A stretch of 64,000 nucleotides of DNA from an uncultured bacterium (GTDB lineage Bacteria; JAGOEH01). The stretch covers positions 1-64,000 of the forward strand of contig CAZWDO010000006.1 in NCBI GenBank assembly GCA_964632485.1. Reading direction: 5' to 3'. This document shows positions 47,850-57,693 of the stretch, piece after piece. The notes below the pieces were generated by a model that worked only from the letters and a program-made list of their open reading frames with translations, had not been told where the DNA came from and made no database searches. The position numbers and the translations under genes are program-made. Within the stretch, counting starts at the first letter, position 1; the number at the start of each line of letters is the position of its first letter.

Positions 47850-48018
47850 TCTGTTTCCACGAAAAATAATAGATTATGGAACGGCGGATGCCCCTTGGCA
47901 ATTCCATAAGACAGGAATCCCCAGTCTCTCGATAGGCAGTATAAACAAGAGCATCAGTGTTGGAAATTAGGTTTCCGACCCAATCAAATATGATAATAAC
48001 TGTAATGAAACGCATTAA
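47850..48018 (-). pseudogene. Diverged copy of the first ~50 codons of the GWxTD gene
   Basis: Gap-free alignment to about 39090-39258 at offset +8760. Hand count gives about 107/138 identical nt over 39121-39258. MRFITVIIIFDWVG...AYRETGDS versus MRLIAVIILFAWVG...AYRETGDT. Confidence 0.9.
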
Positions 48019-48302
48019 TCCAACTTTAGCAGGCAGTAATTTTGTTTGATTTATTATAACTACATATATTACATAGTGTTAAAGATTTTATGTCAAGAAA
48101 TTGACTGAAGTTTTGACTTGAGCGTCAAAAATTAAGTATTTATTATCCAATAACTTAAAGTTAAGGTTTTCAAAAAAGTTGTTTGTAGTGCCGTACAGAT
48201 TAAAATAATTTCACTTTTCGCTTGACAACCTCGCCTTTTTTTGTTATATTGCCTGTTGTGTTTGTGGGTCTATCCCCAATTGCCTGACCGAAAGGATGTA
48301 GG

Positions 48303-48560
48303 GTGTTCTTCCGTAAAAAATTCGCCAGACGATCCGTATTGCCTTCTATTCAACTGATTGCCAATGAACGCATTGGAAATAAAGTCAAACAAATCATCGT
48401 GATTTCACTGGGAACTGATTATGATCTGCCTGAAACTCTTTATCCGGATGTGGCGGTCGCAGTCGAGCAAAAGCTCAATCAGACCCATTCGTTATTTACC
48501 ATTCCCCGGGTCGATTCGATTGCCGAGGATATTTTCCAGCGCATCATCAAGGAAATCACC
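48303..48560 (+). mobile_element. IS1634-like transposase N-terminal remnant
   Basis: MFFRKK...IQLIANERIGNKVKQIIVISLG...VEQKL...SLF resembles IS1634 N-termini; no catalytic domain follows. Right boundary approximate. Confidence 0.7.
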
Positions 48561-48659
48561 TATTATCTCAAAAAACAGCAGATTGAATTGCAGAAGAAAG
48601 CCTATCAGGAGCAGACAGGGCATCCAGAGAAAGTTGGGAAAAAATCTGCAAAGAGGAAG

Positions 48660-49063
48660 GGCGGCGGGATTGGTGAGGCATATTGACAATTATTTTCAGT
48701 TGGCTAAGGGATATTATTCGTTGAGACAGATTTTTCTGGTATTGGGATTGAGTATTATGTTGCGGGCGAAAACGATTGAGGGGATCAAGCATTTTTTTGC
48801 TGGAGAGATGGGGAAGTTGCTGGGATTGGATCGGATACCGGAATATGCACGCACATTGCGCAAGAAGTTGGACGCGTTGGCGGAATCGGGTCAGATCGGA
48901 GCCTGGAGTCAGGCGTTGAGCCGGGATTGGATGGCAAGCTTCCCGGAATTGGCCGGGGCGCTGTATGTTGACGGACATGTTCGCGTCTATTACGGTTCCC
49001 GGGCGCAATTGCCGAAGCGTTACATCGCCCGTTACAAGCTATGTATGCGGGGAACAACGGATG
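48660..49063 (+). mobile_element. Internal fragment of a second DDE-type transposase
   Basis: YFQLAKGYY, GEMGKLLGLDRIPE..RTLRKKL, LYVDGHVRVY.G and LCMRGTTD, after which similarity ends abruptly. Confidence 0.75.
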
Positions 49064-49385
49064 ATGTGGCCTGGATTGGATGTTTTCAACATGTTCGTTA
49101 GCGACGGTGTTCAGTAAACTAACAATCAGATCATGGTTACCCGGGGTATTCTTCCGATGCGTCTGGTGAGATTTATTGCTGTATGAATTATTTTATGAGA
49201 AATCAGTTCGGCATCAATGATGCTTTAAAAGCCGGGCTCTATCAAGATCAGTCACTGGTGCCCGCCTGTGCTTGGATCAAGAGCAGGGTTCCTCACGTTG
49301 TGGATGCAGAAATCGAATCAGGGGAAGGCAAGCTTAAAATAAGCTGGATGGCCGTATCGGAAGATTCGGTCTTTCGTTGGGTTGT
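49064..49385 (+). pseudogene. C-terminal fragment of a GHL10 (DUF187/YddW-like) glycoside hydrolase
   Basis: MWPGL...Q*TNNQIMVTRGILP (TAA at 49115), a 1-nt frameshift at about 49155, then ...GINDALKAGLYQDQSLVPACAW...KISW...VFRWVV, matching recalled family motifs WPG, NQIMxTRG and ALVPxxxW. Confidence 0.65.
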
Positions 49386-50134
49386 CAGTGCAGAAAAATT
49401 AGAATGCCGAATATGGTGGCATCGGCGAAAAAATGAGTGATAACTGGAGCAAGCATTCCTTTGGATTCTTTACGGATAAAACCTAGTAAAAGACCATAGA
49501 TTGCTGCTAAAACTGCTCCTACCATTCCTCGGGGAAATCCATTCCAGTGCATAATGCCAAATAGAGCCGATTGGAGTATATTAACCTGAATAGGGCGCTT
49601 GATAATTTGCTCCAATCCATTCCATAAAATTCCCTTTAGGATAAATTCCTCCCAAATGGAATTGAAAATTGAAAATATAATACCGATTATGAGTATTCCG
49701 CTTAGCGATGAATTTGGAATTTGTTGAAATAAGTCGATCAAATCCGGTTCCAGTAAAACGACCCAAAGAATTAATGCGCCTGAACTGATTAAAATTGTCG
49801 GAATCATTAACCACAATGTTCTTCTGTTAATTTGACCCGGTTTCAACCAGGTGATTTTGTTTTGTGTTTTTTTTAAGCTGGATAGTAAGCCAAAATATAA
49901 TATGAGAGGAACGATAAAAGCGCTTGGCCATGGCAAGATTAGTAAGAATACTAAAAATATCGGCCAAAAAATGGAATGAACAAAAAAAGTGGAATCGGTA
50001 GTATAAAAATATGCCAGAATTAGACATTGAATAATCGCTAATAACCATAACCACGATGTTTGATGGACAAAAAAGATAAATGGAATCAAAATGTTCAGTA
50101 TGGCTAATCCTGCATTCATTTTTTTTTGAATCAT
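49385..50134 (-). CDS. CPBP (CAAX/Abi) family intramembrane metalloprotease
   Basis: WEEFILKG, FGIMH and THFFAD in a multi-TM protein. Confidence 0.9.
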   Translation of the reverse strand: MIQKKMNAGLAILNILIPFIFFVHQTSWLWLLAIIQCLILAYFYTTDSTFFVHSIFWPIFLVFLLILPWPSAFIVPLILYFGLLSSLKKTQNKITWLKPGQINRRTLWLMIPTILISSGALILWVVLLEPDLIDLFQQIPNSSLSGILIIGIIFSIFNSIWEEFILKGILWNGLEQIIKRPIQVNILQSALFGIMHWNGFPRGMVGAVLAAIYGLLLGFIRKESKGMLAPVITHFFADATIFGILIFLH

Positions 50135-50234
50135 TGTAGCATATCCTTTTTAAGACGCTTAGGGAGTAATAGTATTTTAATAATCGAAACGATACTGCTT
50201 CCGGATTGTATTGAATTGAATTTGATACGAACTC

Positions 50235-53200
50235 TTATACCTTCCCGGATTGCTGAATGGGGATGAAAAAACTGAATGTGGAACCGATATTTTTTTGACT
50301 GTTGACTTGAAGGTTTCCATGATGCAATTCAACTATTTTTTTTACAATTGCCAATCCCAGACCAGTACTGGTTTCGCCAGCAGTCGGGCGAGCGCTTAGT
50401 TTTTCGAATCCTTTAAATATCTTTTTCATGTCGCTTTCGTCCAAGCCTTGGCCGGTATCCGTAATATGCGTAGTTAGATAACATTCTTTGATTTCGCATG
50501 ACACGGTAACTTTTCCGTTTGGATAGGTGAATTTAATAGCATTGCTTAACAAATTGTCTAGAACTTCATGGATTTTATCGGCATCAATCATGATTTCGGG
50601 AATCGGTGAATGGAAGTGGGTTTTTATCTCAATGTTCTTCTGTTTGGCAATCTGTTCGTGGAATTCGATGGCATCCTTTAGTATTTTTTCATAGTTCTGG
50701 GTTTGAAGATTAAGCTGGATTTTTCCCGATTCTATGGCGGAAATATCCAGGAGTTCATTGATTAAGCGAGACATTTGATCGATAATTGCCAGAGTGCGTT
50801 CTAAGTCTCTCATGCTCTTGCCTTTGTCGAAAGTGTCCGCTTTGAGCATGTACATTTGCAATTGGATATAGCCGCGAATCGAAGAAAGCGGATTCCGCAA
50901 ATCATGAGCAGCCATTCCCAAAAATGTGTTTTTTTTCTCATTAAGCTTTTTTAGTTCATCCATGATCATGGTTTTGATAAAAGCGGAAAGTATGTGTTCC
51001 TTGAGATGTTTTAGTAGTTCGATATCCTGATTATCAAATGCCTTTTCATTCTGCATGTTCTCAAAAATCAGGTAAGCGCCAATTCGGTTTTTAACTAAAA
51101 TTCTCATAATCAACATTACTTTAGGAAGTTCGAAAAAACTCATTTTCTCTTCTGCGATTCTTCCTTGGACCTGTTTTATTAGGTATATATCTTCAAAAAC
51201 AATACTGGAATTCTGTATATATCGATATTCAGCTTCGAATGCCGTTAATTGAATGGATTGCATTTTTTTCAGAGGCCATCCCAATGTAGCTTCAAAACAG
51301 TATTTGTCAGCTTCCTTGTCATAGACCAGTACCGATGCTTTTTCCACTCCGGGAATGATGCGTGTGGCATTTAATATGGATTGCAGGAGTTTTTGAAAAT
51401 CCATTTCAATATTGATTGATCGAATAATAGAATCTAATTTTTCCAGAAGATTGTTTTTTTTCAAAAGCAAGATATTATTAGTCTCTAATTCGCATTTTTT
51501 TCGATTTAATTCATCGGTCCGCAGGATCACTTTTTCTTCCAATATCCTCTTTTGCTTTTCGATTCTTTGTAGCCGTCTTTTATGAATCAAATAAATAAAA
51601 ACCAACATACTCATTGTAGAAAATATTTTAAACCAAGTTTGTTCCCAGAAAGGCGGTTCAATAATCACATAAATCCGGGAACACGCTTCGTTCCATTGAT
51701 TGCCGGTACTGGTGGCTTTGACATTAAATATGTATTCGCCTCCGGATAAATTGGTATAAGTGGCATAACGTCTTTTTCCACAATAAATCCACTCCTCATC
51801 AAATCCTATCAATTGATAGGCGTATTGGTTTTTTGATGGGTTCAGGTAGTTGAGATTGGCAAACTCAAATCCAAAAAAATTGTCCTTGTATGAAAGGCGT
51901 ATGGTATCAGTAAATAAGATCGATTGGCTAAATTTTACTTCCTTATCAAATTTTTTGAAATTGATGATATGGGTTGGTTGAATAAGTGTCCGGCATTGAA
52001 TGCTATCTGGAAAGAAATAGTTGAATCCGTTACTACCGCCAAAAAACATCTCGCCTTTGCTGTTCTGATAATAGCTGCTTTCCGTAAACTGATATCCCAA
52101 TAATCCATCCGAAGCATCAAAATTATCCATGCGATTAGTGATAGTATTAAATTTCGTAATCCCGTCATTGGTTGATAACCAGAGATTTCCAGAACTATCT
52201 CCCAGGATTCCTAAGATATCGTTGTTGGGTAATCCGGTTTGAAGAGAAAATCGTTCAAATTGATGAGTTTTTATATCTAACTTATTCAGTCCACCGTTAA
52301 GTGTCCCGATCCAAAGCGTCAGAGAATCTGAGAAATGCAAGGAAAGAATATTGTTATTGGTCAAGGTGAGTGGCGAGGTCTGGTCTGCAAGATACCTTCG
52401 GATTATTTTTCCTGAATTATTGAAATGGATAAGTCCGCCTCCGTAAGTTCCCAACCAGAGTGTCTGGTCGAAAGGGTTTTCCAAAATCACGATTACAAAG
52501 GAGCTGGTAGTATTATTGTGGATTTTTTCGATGGGAAAATTGGTAAATTGCTGATTGGAAATGTTTAATCGCATGATACCATTTTCAGTGCCAATCCAGA
52601 GCATGTTGTTTCTATCCAGCCACATGGACCAGATGTGATCGCTTTTTCCGCTTTGAGAATCGGATTTAATAATCGTAAACGTCTCGTGCTTGGGTTCAAA
52701 CCGGATCAATCCTTTGTTTCTGCCTCCTAACCAGAACACACCTGAATCATCCCTGCAAATACTATGGATCGTACTGTCCATACTCGCGAAGTCGGTCGTG
52801 TGGTTGGGTATGTAATTTTTATAAGTGTCGTCGGATCGATCTATCCGAATCAGTCCATTCCGTTCGGTCCCGATCCATAATATCCGATTATCATCTTCAT
52901 AGAAACATAAAATGTCCCGATCATTGCTATGTTGTATAGGATTGATCGTCAATTCATGAAATTCGAACTTGATCCGATTGATATCACAGATATTGATGCC
53001 TTCACCGATGGTCCCAATCCAAACTAGATCATTTTTATCTTTAAAAATTGAATAGATATATTTGTCGCTGATACTACTGGGGTTGGTTGGATCATTGATA
53101 TAATGAACAAACCGGTTGGCGGCAATATCCAAAATATCCAGCCCATTGACGGTTCCAATCCATAACCGGTTGCTTTTATCAAAATAAGTGGCTCGAATAT

Positions 53201-54047
53201 TTTCACATATCAGAGTGTTGGTATCCGAAGGATGATGGCGATATTGAACAAAGGTTTCTCTTTGTGGATCTAGTCGGTTTAGTCCCTCCATCGTTCCAAT
53301 CCATAAATATCCTGTCGAATCCCTGCAAATTGAGCGGATTATATTCCCGCATAGTGTCTGAATGACGGATGAATCGCTGCGTAGTTGGGCTGATGCTGAT
53401 ATATCGCTGTAAAAAGCCTTGTTTTGAAAGGTCTCAATATTTACTTTAAACAATCCATACGAGGTTCCTACCCATAGGAAACCTTCACTGTCAAAACACA
53501 TGCACCAGATAAACCGATTACGATATTTACCAGTATCGATTATAACTCGGGTGAACTTTTTTATTTTTTTATCATAATAGTTCAATCCCATTTCGGTACC
53601 GATCCATATCCGTTGATATTTATCCTCGCAAATTGATGTGATGTATTTATCGCTGTTAATACTGGTTGAGTCGGTTTCATTATATTTGAATCGGGTAAAG
53701 GTTTCAGATTTTTCATTGTAAAGATTCAGTCCGCCGAATTTGGTTCCAATCCAGAGTTGTCCTTGAGAATCATTGAAAAGGATTAATATTTTGTTATCGG
53801 AGAGAGAGGTTGTATCTTCAGGAATATGCTTGAATATTTTAAAGTTGTAACCATCAAAGCGGTTGAGTCCGTCTTCCGTACCGATCCAGATAAAATTATG
53901 GTTATCCTGAGTGATGGAAAATACATTGTTTTGGGACAGCCCATCGGTATTGAGATAGTGTTTAAAACGGAAGAGATTTTCTTTAGGGAAAATATTTATC
54001 GTTTTCAAAAGCAGAAAAACAATAAAAATTATGTATTTTTGCGTCAA
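50235..54047 (-). CDS. Sensor histidine kinase: Reg_prop propellers + Y_Y_Y + TM + GAF-like + HisKA/HATPase
   Basis: GLSQN..WIGTEDGLNRFDG, YTNLSGGEY, PPFW, AAHDLRNPL, NLLSNAIKF, DTGQG and GLGL. Confidence 0.95.
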   Translation of the reverse strand: MTQKYIIFIVFLLLKTINIFPKENLFRFKHYLNTDGLSQNNVFSITQDNHNFIWIGTEDGLNRFDGYNFKIFKHIPEDTTSLSDNKILILFNDSQGQLWIGTKFGGLNLYNEKSETFTRFKYNETDSTSINSDKYITSICEDKYQRIWIGTEMGLNYYDKKIKKFTRVIIDTGKYRNRFIWCMCFDSEGFLWVGTSYGLFKVNIETFQNKAFYSDISASAQLRSDSSVIQTLCGNIIRSICRDSTGYLWIGTMEGLNRLDPQRETFVQYRHHPSDTNTLICENIRATYFDKSNRLWIGTVNGLDILDIAANRFVHYINDPTNPSSISDKYIYSIFKDKNDLVWIGTIGEGINICDINRIKFEFHELTINPIQHSNDRDILCFYEDDNRILWIGTERNGLIRIDRSDDTYKNYIPNHTTDFASMDSTIHSICRDDSGVFWLGGRNKGLIRFEPKHETFTIIKSDSQSGKSDHIWSMWLDRNNMLWIGTENGIMRLNISNQQFTNFPIEKIHNNTTSSFVIVILENPFDQTLWLGTYGGGLIHFNNSGKIIRRYLADQTSPLTLTNNNILSLHFSDSLTLWIGTLNGGLNKLDIKTHQFERFSLQTGLPNNDILGILGDSSGNLWLSTNDGITKFNTITNRMDNFDASDGLLGYQFTESSYYQNSKGEMFFGGSNGFNYFFPDSIQCRTLIQPTHIINFKKFDKEVKFSQSILFTDTIRLSYKDNFFGFEFANLNYLNPSKNQYAYQLIGFDEEWIYCGKRRYATYTNLSGGEYIFNVKATSTGNQWNEACSRIYVIIEPPFWEQTWFKIFSTMSMLVFIYLIHKRRLQRIEKQKRILEEKVILRTDELNRKKCELETNNILLLKKNNLLEKLDSIIRSINIEMDFQKLLQSILNATRIIPGVEKASVLVYDKEADKYCFEATLGWPLKKMQSIQLTAFEAEYRYIQNSSIVFEDIYLIKQVQGRIAEEKMSFFELPKVMLIMRILVKNRIGAYLIFENMQNEKAFDNQDIELLKHLKEHILSAFIKTMIMDELKKLNEKKNTFLGMAAHDLRNPLSSIRGYIQLQMYMLKADTFDKGKSMRDLERTLAIIDQMSRLINELLDISAIESGKIQLNLQTQNYEKILKDAIEFHEQIAKQKNIEIKTHFHSPIPEIMIDADKIHEVLDNLLSNAIKFTYPNGKVTVSCEIKECYLTTHITDTGQGLDESDMKKIFKGFEKLSARPTAGETSTGLGLAIVKKIVELHHGNLQVNSQKNIGSTFSFFIPIQQSGKV

Positions 54048-54094
54048 GCTGATAGTTGCTCCCCGTATAGGTGTTTACTTGTAGTTAATACTAT

Positions 54095-54123
54095 ATTATA
54101 GAGGATTTGATTCTATTTGTCAA
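54095..54123 (-). promoter_or_regulatory. Consensus sigma-70 promoter of the histidine kinase gene
   Basis: Exact TTGACA-N17-TATAAT on the minus strand, about 48 nt before the TTG start, which has GGGGAG upstream. Confidence 0.8.
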
Positions 54124-54224
54124 GTTGTTTTTAATGTGACTGTTTGTTTTGTAAGTTAACTCACTTTGGATTCAATTTTTTTAATATAACTTTTTGCGGT
54201 GTAATGCTCGCCTTAAATGATCGG

Positions 54225-54875
54225 TCAATGCGCGGTTTGTTTCCAGTAGATTTGGCCAGTCCTGTCATGTAATATAATAGCGCCGTTTTTATTTTGGTCA
54301 GTGCCCCAGAAAATGGTATGGCTGCCGCTGTCGTTGCTAATATAACCGATACCGTGCCCTTCTTTACCACCACCCATGAACACGATTTCTTTTTGGTGTC
54401 GGTTGCGGATTTGCAAGTAACCGTCCCGTTCCGGTCCGGTTCCCAGATAAGTTATGGGCTGACCCAGCGCGGTAAAGGTGCTGATAAATCCATCCCCGTC
54501 TTCGATTGCGCCCAGATGGGTTGTGATCCGTTCCCGGCTGTTGTAAGTGCGGATGTAGCCATCACCGGCTGAACCGGCGCCCAGGCGCGCGCATTCACGT
54601 CCAAAATGATTATAGGTTCCCGCATGACCGTTGCCATGTTCATCGGTTCCCAGGTAGGTTACGATTTTTCCTTTATTATTGAGGATTCCGATGTATCCGC
54701 TGTTTTCATCCTGACCCAGAATAATAATTTTCTGGCCGTTGCTGTTTTCGATTGTTAGCGAACGCACGGTAAGCTCTTTCGGGATGGCGCCACCCCGCAG
54801 ACTGAACAGATAGAATCCAAGAGCGGCCAGGACCGCCCCAAAAACAAAACTTTTCAGATCAATTTCGATTTTCAA
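54225..54875 (-). CDS. Membrane-anchored protein with ~7 tandem 23-aa repeats
   Basis: N-terminal TM segment; repeats such as GYIGILNNKGKIVTYLGTDEHGN and GYIRTYNSRERITTHLGAIEDGD; AAAGGAG RBS before the TTG start. Confidence 0.8.
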   Translation of the reverse strand: MKIEIDLKSFVFGAVLAALGFYLFSLRGGAIPKELTVRSLTIENSNGQKIIILGQDENSGYIGILNNKGKIVTYLGTDEHGNGHAGTYNHFGRECARLGAGSAGDGYIRTYNSRERITTHLGAIEDGDGFISTFTALGQPITYLGTGPERDGYLQIRNRHQKEIVFMGGGKEGHGIGYISNDSGSHTIFWGTDQNKNGAIILHDRTGQIYWKQTAH

Positions 54876-55009
54876 AGAATCTCCTTTGAGTATTAATCAT
54901 CAATGCCGGATCGGATTCGCCGTGTTTGTGGCTGATTTCTATTTTGCAGTTGCCGGCGATTGTATCGAAAAGGCAAATAGAACTCTATAAATGGTTAACT
55001 AATGATCAA

Positions 55010-56139
55010 TCATTTCAAATATGAATCCCTGAATTCTTTCGACCAGTGGGGATAGTTATTTTGTTGAATGGCATTGCGTATTTGCCGCATCAGNNNNNNN
55101 NNNAGATATTATGGTTAGTAAGTAAATGAGCGCTCAAGATTTCGCCTGCATACAGCAAATGGCGCAAATATGCTTGATTAAAATGGCGGCAGGTGTAACA
55201 CCCGCATGCTTCATCAATAGGTCCCGGATCGTCTTTGAATTTGGCGTTGTGCAGATTCTTTTTTCCGTTAAAGGTGAAAACTGTACCGTTGCGGCCATAA
55301 CGTGTCGGAACGACGCAATCGAACATATCGATTCCTAAACCGACGGCAGTAACGATATCTTCCGGCATCCCCACGCCCATGAGGTAACGGGGTTTTATAA
55401 CAGGCAATAGGGGTTCGGTTACCGCAATCATTTCATACATCATCTCCTTGGGTTCGCCCACGGAGAGTCCTCCGATGGCATACCCGGGAAAATCGAGCTG
55501 AACCAGGTTTTCGGCGCTGATCCGTCGCAATTCCGGATAGACGCTTCCCTGGACAATAGGAAATAGCCATTGTTCATAATGGCTGTAAGTTTCCTTTTTT
55601 TTAAAATCATGAAAAGCATCCAGGCAGCGTTTGGCCCAGCGAGTGGTACGTTTTTGCGATTGATCGGCATAAGCGATCGTTGCCGGGTAGGGGGTACACT
55701 CATCAAACGCCATAATAATATCAGCGCCCAAGGAGATTTCGATTTCCATCACCCGTTCAGGGGAAAAAAATTGGTAGCTGCCGTCTATATGGGAGCGGAA
55801 AATTACCCCGTCCTCGCTGATTTTATTCAAGTCGAGCAGGCTGAATACCTGATATCCTCCGCTATCGGTCAGAATTGGCCGGTCCCACGAAATAAAACGG
55901 TGCAATCCACCGAAGCGGTGGATAAGCTCATGACCCGGACGCAAGTAAAGATGATACGTATTGTTTAAAATAATGGGTACGTCATTGTCGATCAGGTTCT
56001 TGGGACTGAGGGCTTTAACTGTTCCCTGGGTGCCAACGGGCATAAAAACCGGCGTTTCTATCGACCCATGAGGTGTCATTAATTTGCCCAGGCGAGGGTT
56101 TAGTCCCGGTTCCGTCAAAAGGCTAAAGCTGAAACTCAT
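55010..56139 (-). CDS. tgt: tRNA-guanine transglycosylase (spans a 10-N scaffold gap)
   Basis: [43 protein letters not shown] and CGCYTC. After the gap the C-terminus reads [10 protein letters not shown]...YLK*, with the stop at 55010-55012. Confidence 0.96.
55094..55103. other. Assembly gap (10 N)
   Basis: Run of N inside tgt. Confidence 1.
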
Positions 56140-56148
56140 AGGGAACTC

Positions 56149-57516
56149 TCAATTGATATAATTGATGGCTTCATTGATATCTCCAATCGAGATAAGTTTT
56201 AATCGATCGGGTTTGTAGTGGAGTTTGATCCCCGCTGGTAGAAAACATTGCTCCATTCCGAATTTTTCAATTTCTTTCAAGCGTATTTCTAATTGCGAGA
56301 CCGGCCGGATTTCGCCCGTCAGGCCCAATTCACCCAGCCAGGCGGTTTTGGGAGGGATGGCGCGATTGCATATACTGGAATAGATGGCCATAGCGACCGA
56401 TAGATCGATACCAGGTTCACGCACTTGTAAACCGCCCGTAAGATTGATGAAGATATCGTGAGAATAGACTGTCAGCCGCAGATGTTTTTCAAGAATAGCC
56501 AGTAGCATGGCCAGACGTTTGTTATCAATTCCGTTGGCGACCCGTTGGGGATACCCGAAATTGATGGGAGTGGCGAGAGCCTGTATTTCCATTAAAAATG
56601 CGCGGGTCCCTTCGAGACTGACCGATAGGCAGATGCCCGGTTTGTTTTGGGGTAGATGCGGCATGAAAACGAACGTGGGATCGGTCATCTCGCACAACCC
56701 GTCGTTCTGCATCTGAAAAATACCCACTTCGCCAATGGCGCCAAACCGGTTTTTTACTGCGCGGATGATTCGATAAGCCGCTAATCGATCTCCCTCAAAA
56801 TAGAGTACGGTATCGACCATGTGTTCCAGCACTTTTGGACCGGCAATGGCGCCTTCTTTGGTGATATGGCCCACCAGAAAGATGGTAATACGTCGGCTTT
56901 TCGCCATACGCAGCAATTGCGCGGCGCAATGTTTGATTTGTGATACACTCCCGGGAGCCGCATCTAAGTGTTCGCTATAGGTCGTTTGAATCGAATCGAT
57001 GATCACAAATTGGGCGTTTTCTGATTCGATTGTTTGCAGAATCACTTCTAATTGAGCTTCGATTAGTAATTTGATGGGTTCAGATTGAGCGCCGATCCGA
57101 TTGGCCCTCATTTTGATTTGATTAAATGATTCCTCGCCGGAAACATAGAGAATTTCATACTGATTCGCTAAATTAATAGCTACCTGCAATAAAAGAGTAG
57201 ATTTGCCGATACCCGGCTCACCACCAAAAAGTATCAGACTGCCTTCGGTGATCCCTCCTCCAAGAACACGGTCCAATTCCTGGATTTTACTGGTCACTCT
57301 GATCTCTTCAGGCGCCTGGTGTTCGTTAAGCAGCAGCGGTTTTCCGCTGTGGGGAGTTTGAACCCAATTGCGCTTTCCGCCTGCCGGTACCGGAGGGGCT
57401 ACTGTCATTGCCTGAAATGTATTCCATTCGCCGCATTCCTGACATTTCCCCTGCCAGCGTAATGATTCGGCGCCGCAATTTTGGCAAACATAGACGGTTC
57501 TCGCTTTTTTGGCCAA
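56149..57516 (-). CDS. radA: DNA repair protein RadA/Sms
   Basis: CxxC...CxxC zinc finger, GEPGIGKST, KNRFG and a Lon-like C-terminus. Confidence 0.98.
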   Translation of the reverse strand: MAKKARTVYVCQNCGAESLRWQGKCQECGEWNTFQAMTVAPPVPAGGKRNWVQTPHSGKPLLLNEHQAPEEIRVTSKIQELDRVLGGGITEGSLILFGGEPGIGKSTLLLQVAINLANQYEILYVSGEESFNQIKMRANRIGAQSEPIKLLIEAQLEVILQTIESENAQFVIIDSIQTTYSEHLDAAPGSVSQIKHCAAQLLRMAKSRRITIFLVGHITKEGAIAGPKVLEHMVDTVLYFEGDRLAAYRIIRAVKNRFGAIGEVGIFQMQNDGLCEMTDPTFVFMPHLPQNKPGICLSVSLEGTRAFLMEIQALATPINFGYPQRVANGIDNKRLAMLLAILEKHLRLTVYSHDIFINLTGGLQVREPGIDLSVAMAIYSSICNRAIPPKTAWLGELGLTGEIRPVSQLEIRLKEIEKFGMEQCFLPAGIKLHYKPDRLKLISIGDINEAINYIN

Positions 57517-57693
57517 TTGGATTCTCCTTTTTATTACATGAAGAATAAAAAAAAATTAACTAAAAGTCAATCTATTTTTCATTTAGCCTTGCTTTTTAGG
57601 TAAATTTTTATAGATTAGTAAATGCGCTTATTTTACTAAGTAAATAACCGATTGTGAGTTTTTACCGGAATTAATTTAAACAGAAAGGTTTTT

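Noticed and set aside
39090-48018. Diversity-generating retroelement template/variable repeat pair
   Set aside because: Mismatches are not confined to adenines, the repeat covers a signal-peptide region rather than a C-terminal variable region, and no reverse transcriptase is present.
48421-49101. Intact 226-aa transposase
   Set aside because: Chimeric reading frame; only about 48660-49063 is transposase-like and the catalytic domain is incomplete.
55090-55103. tgt truncation or frameshift
   Set aside because: Caused by the 10-N scaffold gap; the normal C-terminus continues to 55010.
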